This document shows, piece by piece, positions 57,096-64,000 of a stretch of DNA of 64,000 bases. Source of the stretch: a virus; the IMG/VR virus record IMGVR_UViG_3300028394_000038, one strand, 5' to 3'. The notes under the pieces were generated by a model, which saw only the letters and a program-made list of their open reading frames with translations, searched no databases and was not told the origin of the DNA. Every line of letters starts with the position of its first letter. Position 1 is the stretch's first letter. Position numbers and translations under genes: made by a program.

Positions 57096-60000
57096 ATGGC
57101 AGATACCACAGTAACTGGTAAAATTGGTGATCAAGAAGTACAGCTGATCAACGCGGCAAGCGAAGCCACACTTCAAAAATTATTAGAAGCATTTAACAAA
57201 TCTAACGGTACCGGCTCAGGCGGTGGCAGTTCGAGTGGTAGCACAGCAGGTACTCCTGCTCAGGCAGCATCTAATACTACCACAGCTTTTAACAAAGCTG
57301 GCGATGCTGTTGGTAAATTTGCAGGCGCAGTTGCAGATGCTACAAGTAAGCTGTTAGGATTTGCTGGTAATATAATAGGCGGTACTGCTAGTGTAATGCT
57401 GGACCTTAGCAAAGAATTACTAACCGGCGGCGAACGAGTTAGCGACTTTACTACACACTTATCAAAGTTACCAAGTATATTTGGATACCTTGGCGGATTA
57501 GTACACACACTTTCGGCATTTATAGACAAAAATATTGATGAGTTCCGCAAACTTTCCCAAGTGGGTGCTAACTTTGGAAACAGTATAGATGCCATGCGAT
57601 TAGCGGCAGCAGAGTCTGGAATGGGTTTTGATCGATATACTGCATTGGTAAAAAATAATGCTGAGACAATGGCATTATTTGGCGGCACGGTATCACAGGG
57701 AGCTGTGGCATTTGGTAAATTTAGTAAAGATTTCCGTCAAGGTGATACTGGCAAAAAACTATTAGGTATGGGATTCAGCATTGACGAGATTAACGATAGT
57801 TTAATTTCATATTCTAATATTAACAGTCGAGCAGGACGAGACCGTATACTTGATACTAGAGAACTAGGAGAAGCATCCGGAAGATTTGCTATAGAGTTAA
57901 ACAAGGCCGCTGCCGCAACAGGTCTTAGCAGAGGCGAGCTAGCTAAAAAAGCAGATGCATTAAGTAAGCAAATAGATATTGCCGCACTGGCTAATAGATT
58001 TCAAGGAAAAGATAAAGAAAAATTTATGGCTGGTATGGCTCAAATTACCAGCTCGTTTGGTATTGGATCCGAAGCATTATTAGAAGGCGCTCGAGGATTT
58101 ATTAATTCGTCTGACGGTATTGCATTAAATGCGCTGGCACCTGAATTGATGCAAACTATGAAAGACTTTACTGATACCGGCGGAGACGTTAATGAAAAAA
58201 TGAATTCAATGATTCTTAAGGCACGAGAAAAGATGGAACAGTTTCAAAGGCCTGAGTATGCCGCTACATTAAAAGCACAGATGGATAATATTCCAGGATT
58301 TAAAACAGCATATGCGGCCATAGCAGAGATTGCTAGCAGGGCAACTAAAAATGCAGAGCAGTTACAAAAAGAAGCAGACGCCGCCGCAAAAAATGACACA
58401 TTAACAGGTTTTTATCAACAGTTCTCAGAAACTATTAATAATTTTAGAGGATCTCTGGAATCAACATTTATAAAAAGTGATTTCTTTAAAAATATTAAAA
58501 AAATGATGGATGATTTTTCTAAAGGTGGTAGTACTAGTTTAGGTGATATCCTTAATCGTATCACAGCCGGGTTTAAAACTTTTCTAACAGCACTTAACGA
58601 GTTTTTAACTGATGTTCAGAATCCCGCACTTGGTTGGTCAGGAGCAATGAAAAATCTCTACGAAAATATATTAATGAATATTTTTGATCTAAAACGAGAA
58701 GATACAATCGATGGCGAGGGCAAACAAATAGCAACTCTCACAGAACTTGCAATGAAAAAGATAGGCATAGCTATAGGTGAAGCAATGGCAGCTATGTGGC
58801 CAGGAATAAAAGCTGGAATAGTATCAGGATTTACAGCACTATGGGATAATGACGACATTAGAAATGCAGGCATCAAAGGTATACTAGCACTATTTGCAGT
58901 ATGGGCCGCATTTAAAGTTGGCGGTGGATTACTAAGCGGTATTGGCGGCAGGATGGCCGGTGGAGCCGCAGCCGCAGGCGGAGCAGCCGCAAGTGGAGGG
59001 ATGGGTGCAGGATTGACTAGTTTAGCAGGCGGCCTTGCGGCATTTGCTAATCCAGCATCACTGATAGGATTAGCGGCAGTTACCGCGGCAGTTTATGCAT
59101 TATCACTAGCATTTGAAGCGGCAAGTCCTGGATTTGAAAAATTTGGCACAATGGTAAAGCGAATACTCGAAGGCGTAGCACCGGTAGTAGTAGCATTTGG
59201 CACAGCAGTCGGTACAGTAATGAAAGATGTAGGCACTGCAATTACCAATGCTAAAGACGGCTTTGAAGTTATCTTTAACGGTATTGCTACAGTAGTTAAA
59301 AGTATTGGGTCAGTTATTATTGGATCAATTACAGCAATTGGCGACAGTATTAGTAAAATCATTGACACTATTTCTAAATATAAAACTGAAGGAACTAGGG
59401 TAGCAACAGACAGTGTAAAACAACTTGCTAATATACCGGCAGCAAATATGACAGCCGCAGCCGCAGGCGTTGAAGCAATCAAGAAAGCACTAGACGGATT
59501 TAATCCTGGATTCTTAAGCGGCATAAGTCAAGGTCTTGGTAGTATATTTGCCGGAGATCAAACAGGGCCACTACAACAAATGGCAGTTTTAGGTCCAAAA
59601 TTACAGAACGCCGCCGCTGGGTTTACTGCATTTAAGACAGCAATTGATGGTATGAAACTGGCTAATTTGTCTATGACTAATGATCAAACTAGCAGTTTTG
59701 AAACACTAACTAAACGATTACCAGACTTTACTACCACAATAACAGCACTGGGTACACAGGCCGCTAACATAAATGCCACAGCACAAGCAATTAATGCGTT
59801 CAAACAGGCAACTACCGGATTTGATCTTAAAGATTTTTCATTCAGTAAAGAACAACTAGTCAGCCTAGCGGACGGTACTACCAAGCTAAGACAGCTATCG
59901 GAACAGTTAAAACTCAGTAAAGATGGCTTCCAAAAATTAGATCAACAAGGACTTAAAAACATCAAAGAAGGTGTTGAGGGACTAAGCAAAGCCTTTAAAG

Positions 60001-60203
60001 ATTTTAACGAAAGTTTCATTAATAAGTTTATTCCAAAATTTGAAGAACTCAGAAGCAAGACTCAAGAAGGAATCTTAACTGACCTTGGCAACAAGCTAGA
60101 TACGTTAAATAGTAATGTAGCTTCACTAGTCACAATTGAAGACACTTCCAAAAGATACTTGGATACAATCGCCAGCAAGAAAGCTGGCCAGGTTTATAAA
60201 TAG
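57096..60203 (+). CDS. tail tape measure protein
   Basis: 1035 aa, helical and Ala/Gly-rich with amphipathic repeats and a hydrophobic Gly/Ala segment; adjacent to the chaperone-like gene pair. Confidence 0.75.
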   Translation: MADTTVTGKIGDQEVQLINAASEATLQKLLEAFNKSNGTGSGGGSSSGSTAGTPAQAASNTTTAFNKAGDAVGKFAGAVADATSKLLGFAGNIIGGTASVMLDLSKELLTGGERVSDFTTHLSKLPSIFGYLGGLVHTLSAFIDKNIDEFRKLSQVGANFGNSIDAMRLAAAESGMGFDRYTALVKNNAETMALFGGTVSQGAVAFGKFSKDFRQGDTGKKLLGMGFSIDEINDSLISYSNINSRAGRDRILDTRELGEASGRFAIELNKAAAATGLSRGELAKKADALSKQIDIAALANRFQGKDKEKFMAGMAQITSSFGIGSEALLEGARGFINSSDGIALNALAPELMQTMKDFTDTGGDVNEKMNSMILKAREKMEQFQRPEYAATLKAQMDNIPGFKTAYAAIAEIASRATKNAEQLQKEADAAAKNDTLTGFYQQFSETINNFRGSLESTFIKSDFFKNIKKMMDDFSKGGSTSLGDILNRITAGFKTFLTALNEFLTDVQNPALGWSGAMKNLYENILMNIFDLKREDTIDGEGKQIATLTELAMKKIGIAIGEAMAAMWPGIKAGIVSGFTALWDNDDIRNAGIKGILALFAVWAAFKVGGGLLSGIGGRMAGGAAAAGGAAASGGMGAGLTSLAGGLAAFANPASLIGLAAVTAAVYALSLAFEAASPGFEKFGTMVKRILEGVAPVVVAFGTAVGTVMKDVGTAITNAKDGFEVIFNGIATVVKSIGSVIIGSITAIGDSISKIIDTISKYKTEGTRVATDSVKQLANIPAANMTAAAAGVEAIKKALDGFNPGFLSGISQGLGSIFAGDQTGPLQQMAVLGPKLQNAAAGFTAFKTAIDGMKLANLSMTNDQTSSFETLTKRLPDFTTTITALGTQAANINATAQAINAFKQATTGFDLKDFSFSKEQLVSLADGTTKLRQLSEQLKLSKDGFQKLDQQGLKNIKEGVEGLSKAFKDFNESFINKFIPKFEELRSKTQEGILTDLGNKLDTLNSNVASLVTIEDTSKRYLDTIASKKAGQVYK
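60195..60202 (+). promoter_or_regulatory. late promoter (TATAAATA) for the portal gene, inside the last codons of the tape measure gene
   Basis: Perfect consensus 10 nt before the portal ATG. Confidence 0.7.
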
Positions 60204-60212
60204 GATAACACA

Positions 60213-61910
60213 ATGAGTTGGAAAAAGTATTTTTCACCCGTAACTAGTAACCAGTCGGGAACAGTTAGCCCAATCTACGGCAGTGGTGGAAAGCCAGGTC
60301 CAGCCCGCACAAATTATAGTTCATACTTGCCGGATGTATATTCAGGTAGCCCAAATCGTATTGAACGTTACATGCAGTATGACACTATGGACTGGGACAG
60401 TGAAGTTAATGCGGCCCTAGACATACTTGCAGAATTTACTACACAAAAGAACAAAGAAAACAATACACCGTTTACTCTACAGTTCCGCGGTAGCCCAACT
60501 ACTAGTGAAGTAGGCATCTTAAAAGAATATCTACAACAGTGGACCAAAATGCAGAAGTTAGACACACGCATGTTCCGCATTGCACGTAACTTGTTCAAGT
60601 ACGGCGACGGATTCTTTCTGCGTGATCCTGAAACACAAAAATGGTTCTATGTAGATCCGGGCAAAGTTACAAAAATTATTGTTAACGAAAGCGAAGGCAA
60701 ACAGCCAGAACAGTATGTTATCCGTGATATTAATATTAACTTTCAGCATCTAGTTGTCACACAGATTAATCCAAATACACAAAATGCAACAGCAGGCACA
60801 CCGCCAAATACACAGGGTGGCGGCCGAGGCATGGTTGGAACTACAACTCCTATTCCGGGTAGTAGATTTAGTCTGCAACAAAACGAACATGCTATTGACT
60901 CAAAACATGTAGTACACCTAAGCCTAAGCGAAGGATTAGATAATAATTTTCCTTTTGGTAACAGTCTTTTAGAAAGCGTTTTTAAAGTCTACAAGCAGAA
61001 AGAACTTCTTGAAGATGCTATCATTATCTACCGCGTACAACGTGCTCCTGAACGCAGAGTATTTTACATTGACGTAGGAAATATGCCAAGTCATTTGGCA
61101 ATGGGCTTTGTAGAACGTGTAAAAAATGAAATACATCAAAGACGTATTCCTAGTGCAACAGGCGGTGGTAGTGCTATTGACAGCACATATAATCCTCTAA
61201 GTATTAACGAAGACTACTTCTTTCCACAGACCGCAGAAGGTCGTGGATCAAAAGTTGAAACACTTCCAGGCGGTACTAATCTAGGCGAGATTGACGATTT
61301 ACGTTACTTTACTAACAAGTTAATGCGAGCTCTACGAATTCCAAGTAGCTATCTGCCAACAGGTGCAGATGATAGCCAATCACAGTATAACGATGGTCGA
61401 GTTGGCACAGCATATATTCAAGAACTACGCTTTAACAAGTATTGCGAACGTTTACAAAACTTAATGACACCTACATTTGATACAGAATTTAAACTATTCT
61501 TACACAACAAAGGTGTTAACATTGACTTTAGTTTGTTTGAAATACGTTTCCAAAGTCCGCAAAATTTTGCCGCATATCGTCAAGCGGAACTAGACAACGA
61601 TCGTATTGCTACATTTGCACAAATGGTCGCTCTACCGTTTATCAGCAAACGTTTTGCACTAAAACGCTTCTTAGGTATGACAGACGAAGACCTAAAAGAA
61701 AACGAAAAAATGTGGCAAGAAGAAAGCGGAGAAGGCAAAGCATCCGGACAAGATGCCGCAGGACAATTGCGTGGCGCAGGTGTAAGCCCAACGGGTATGG
61801 AAGCAGATACAGCCGCGTTAGACGGTAGTGAAGAAGCTCCTGCTGACATGGAAGTACCAGATGCAGGCGCAGAAATGGCTGGTCAAGACACTGGTTCGAT
61901 GCCCGCTTAA
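60213..61910 (+). CDS. gp20: portal vertex protein, T4 gp20-like
   Basis: LLEDAIIIYRVQRAPERRVFYIDVGNMP, EDYFFP, GRGSKVETLPGG.NLGEIDD.RYF..KL.RALRIP.S.L. Confidence 0.97.
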   Translation: MSWKKYFSPVTSNQSGTVSPIYGSGGKPGPARTNYSSYLPDVYSGSPNRIERYMQYDTMDWDSEVNAALDILAEFTTQKNKENNTPFTLQFRGSPTTSEVGILKEYLQQWTKMQKLDTRMFRIARNLFKYGDGFFLRDPETQKWFYVDPGKVTKIIVNESEGKQPEQYVIRDININFQHLVVTQINPNTQNATAGTPPNTQGGGRGMVGTTTPIPGSRFSLQQNEHAIDSKHVVHLSLSEGLDNNFPFGNSLLESVFKVYKQKELLEDAIIIYRVQRAPERRVFYIDVGNMPSHLAMGFVERVKNEIHQRRIPSATGGGSAIDSTYNPLSINEDYFFPQTAEGRGSKVETLPGGTNLGEIDDLRYFTNKLMRALRIPSSYLPTGADDSQSQYNDGRVGTAYIQELRFNKYCERLQNLMTPTFDTEFKLFLHNKGVNIDFSLFEIRFQSPQNFAAYRQAELDNDRIATFAQMVALPFISKRFALKRFLGMTDEDLKENEKMWQEESGEGKASGQDAAGQLRGAGVSPTGMEADTAALDGSEEAPADMEVPDAGAEMAGQDTGSMPA

Positions 61911-61916
61911 TAAATA
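61909..61916 (+). promoter_or_regulatory. late promoter (AATAAATA), 5 nt before the ATG
   Basis: AATAAATACTATTATG. Confidence 0.6.
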
Positions 61917-61921
61917 CTATT

Positions 61922-62158
61922 ATGATTTTAAGAGAACTGTTTTATTTTAATAGAACTACTGCTGAGTCTGAACAAGACGATCAGTATATGGCCAAAGCCG
62001 ACACGGGTGTTATTAACAATGATGACACACGTAAAACACGTTTGACCTTAAAACAAATCAATGAATTACGCAAGGCCAGTGACTTACATATCAAAGAACA
62101 TGAAGCCGAAATGGAGTTTATTTCTAGAATGTATGCTACACCTGTGGCAGCAGAATAA
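61922..62158 (+). CDS. small head-assembly region protein
   Basis: Lies between portal and scaffold; DTRKTRLTLKQINELR motif. Confidence 0.75.
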   Translation: MILRELFYFNRTTAESEQDDQYMAKADTGVINNDDTRKTRLTLKQINELRKASDLHIKEHEAEMEFISRMYATPVAAE

Positions 62159-62185
62159 GTATTTTGACAAAACTGACAAAAAATA

Positions 62186-62207
62186 GCCGGTATTGACCGG
62201 TTTTTTT
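62186..62207 (+). terminator. intrinsic terminator
   Basis: GCCGGT-ATTG-ACCGGT followed by a T-tract. Confidence 0.75.
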
Positions 62208-62275
62208 ACAGTAGTATTAAATACATCGACAGCCTTGCGGGCGTAACTGCCTCATAACAATACAGGAGACTTAAC

Positions 62276-63094
62276 ATGACTGATCGCGCAAAATTCGAGC
62301 AGATGCTTGAATATCTTATTAATGAAGACAAATCAAAAGCCGAGGAACTATTCCACGAACTAGTGGTAGCTAAATCTCGCGAAATTTACGAAAATCTACT
62401 TGACGATGACATCCAAGTAGAAGCATCTGAAGAAGATGACGAAGACGAAGATATGGAAGAAAACTTCGACATGGGTATGCAAGAAGTCGGTGCTGATCCA
62501 GCAGACGACATGATGGGCGACCTAGAAGCCGGCGACGATGAAGGCGGCGACGAAATGGGTGACGAAGAAGGTGGTTCAGAAGCCGCTACTAAAGATGACG
62601 TCATGGATATCAAAGATGCTTTAGAAGATCTAAAAGCAGAATTTGAAGCTATGCTAGCTGGCGAAGCCGGTGAAGAGCACGGTGAAGAAGAAGATGGCGA
62701 AGAAGAAATGGGCGACGAAGAAGGTGAAGAAGAAATGGAAGATCACCAGTTCGAAGCTTCTAACGATGATGAAGAAGACGACATGGAAGAAGGTATGGTC
62801 CGTGAATACGTTGAGAAAGTTGCACCAGCTAAAATGGGCGACAACGGTCAAAACACTCGTTCAACAGTAGCCGGAAAGAATGATATGGGCGGTACAACTG
62901 CTAATATCGCTAAAGGTGGAACAAGCACAACAGGCGGTACTAAAGGTGGTTTACTAAACCCAAGCACAAAAGATTTGAACTCTGGTAACGTAAATGTTCC
63001 AGGTGGCAAAGCTGGTGTTAAGCATCTTAAAGGTGTCAGCAAGCCAGCAGGTGGCGACAACGGCCAGAATACAAAGAGTACTTTAGGCCGTTAA
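62276..63094 (+). CDS. highly acidic prohead core/scaffold protein
   Basis: Asp/Glu-rich; immediately upstream of the prohead protease; late-like ATTAAATA at 62216-62223 and AGGAG RBS. Confidence 0.75.
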   Translation: MTDRAKFEQMLEYLINEDKSKAEELFHELVVAKSREIYENLLDDDIQVEASEEDDEDEDMEENFDMGMQEVGADPADDMMGDLEAGDDEGGDEMGDEEGGSEAATKDDVMDIKDALEDLKAEFEAMLAGEAGEEHGEEEDGEEEMGDEEGEEEMEDHQFEASNDDEEDDMEEGMVREYVEKVAPAKMGDNGQNTRSTVAGKNDMGGTTANIAKGGTSTTGGTKGGLLNPSTKDLNSGNVNVPGGKAGVKHLKGVSKPAGGDNGQNTKSTLGR

Positions 63095-63098
63095 TCAG

Positions 63099-63728
63099 AT
63101 GAGTTTCTACTTACGTGAAAATTTGACTTTCGACCAAGCTCGCATGGTTGTAGAGACTGATGGCGAACAGGGCAAAAACCTTTACATGAAAGGTATTTGT
63201 ATCCAAGGCGGCATCAAGAACGCAAATCAGCGTGTGTACCCTGTGAATGAAATCGGCAGGGCTGTCAAGACACTAAACGACCAGGTAACTGGCGGATATT
63301 CAGTTTTAGGCGAAGTAGACCATCCAGATGATTTAAAAATTAACCTAGACCGTGTAAGCCATATGATCACAGAAATGTGGATGGATGGCCCAAACGGTTA
63401 CGGTAAAATGAAAATCCTTCCTACACCAATGGGTAACCTAGTGCGTACTATGCTAGAATCCGGTGTTAAGTTAGGTGTTAGCTCACGCGGATCCGGAAAC
63501 GTCAAAGAAGACGGATCCGGTGAAGTTACAGATTTCGAGATTATCACAGTGGATGTGGTAGCTCAACCATCAGCCCCAGGTGCGTATCCAACGCCCATTT
63601 ATGAGCATATCATGAATACTCGTGGAGGCTATAAGGCATTTTTAACAGCACAAGAAGTATCAGGCGACGCAAAGGCACAGAAATACCTGAAAGAAAGTCT
63701 ATTGAAAATAATAGGCGGACTCCAATAA
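63099..63728 (+). CDS. gp21: prohead core protease, T4 gp21-like
   Basis: KNANQRVYP, LGEVDHP, INLDRVSH, GVSSRGSG, DVVAQPSAPGAYP. Confidence 0.96.
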   Translation: MSFYLRENLTFDQARMVVETDGEQGKNLYMKGICIQGGIKNANQRVYPVNEIGRAVKTLNDQVTGGYSVLGEVDHPDDLKINLDRVSHMITEMWMDGPNGYGKMKILPTPMGNLVRTMLESGVKLGVSSRGSGNVKEDGSGEVTDFEIITVDVVAQPSAPGAYPTPIYEHIMNTRGGYKAFLTAQEVSGDAKAQKYLKESLLKIIGGLQ

Positions 63729-63744
63729 CAAGGGAGAATCACAT

Positions 63745-64000
63745 ATGTTGGACGCACTTAAACAATTATTCGAGAACAATGTGATTTCTGAAGAGATCAG
63801 AGCTGACATCACGTCTGCTTGGGATAGAAAGATCCAAGAGAACCGTGAACAAGCAACACAACAACTACGCGAAGAATTCGCACAAAAATACGAACATGAC
63901 AAGCAAACAATGATCGAAGCTATCGACAAGATGGTTACTGATCGTTTAACTGCTGAAATCCAAGAATTCACAGAAGATCGCGCACAGCTAGCAGAAGCGA
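63745..64000 (+). CDS. gp22: prohead core scaffolding protein, gp22-like (truncated by the window edge)
   Basis: GGGAG RBS, ATG at 63745, MLDALKQLFENNVISEEIRA... helical; follows gp21. Confidence 0.8.
   Translation, partial: MLDALKQLFENNVISEEIRADITSAWDRKIQENREQATQQLREEFAQKYEHDKQTMIEAIDKMVTDRLTAEIQEFTEDRAQLAEA

Noticed and set aside
62837-63085. Repeated GDNGQNT peptide in the scaffold-like protein
   Set aside because: It is a short protein-level duplication with synonymous divergence and no evidence of a DNA-level element.
1-64000. Stop-codon reassignment (alternative genetic code)
   Set aside because: Genes are intact in the standard code, and TAA, TGA and TAG (e.g. 53827, 60203) all end genes.

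Overview
This is a 64-kb segment of a large T4-like (myovirus-type) tailed phage genome. It uses the standard genetic code, is AT-rich and is densely coding. (1) 1-16.2 kb, + strand: early/metabolic genes, including 7-deazaguanine precursor genes (folE, queE), a purine phosphoribosyltransferase, HIT hydrolase, CDGSH Fe-S protein, a PD-(D/E)xK-like nuclease candidate, BI-1/YccA, RNase H, a MoxR AAA+/VWA pair, DHFR and thymidylate synthase. (2) 16.2-49.9 kb, - strand: a late tail/baseplate block with three paralogous fibre proteins, a 5155-aa giant structural protein, and gp6-, gp25-, gp5-, hub-, gp53- and gp48-like genes. (3) 49.9-54.3 kb, + strand: gp55-like late sigma factor, gp47/gp46, an Hc1-like protein and a minimal GIY-YIG nuclease. 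(4) 54.8-64 kb: an internal head protein candidate, a gp26/gp51-like pair joined by a -1 slippery site, tape measure, portal, scaffold and prohead protease. The most striking unexplained feature is the only long non-coding stretch (54266-54730). It lies directly behind the GIY-YIG gene and is packed with hairpins, long-range/pseudoknot pairings, an imperfect direct repeat and ssDNA-type GNA mini-hairpins. It is a candidate large ncRNA or RNA-primed origin. All family assignments come from motif recognition by eye; no database searches or folding programs were run.
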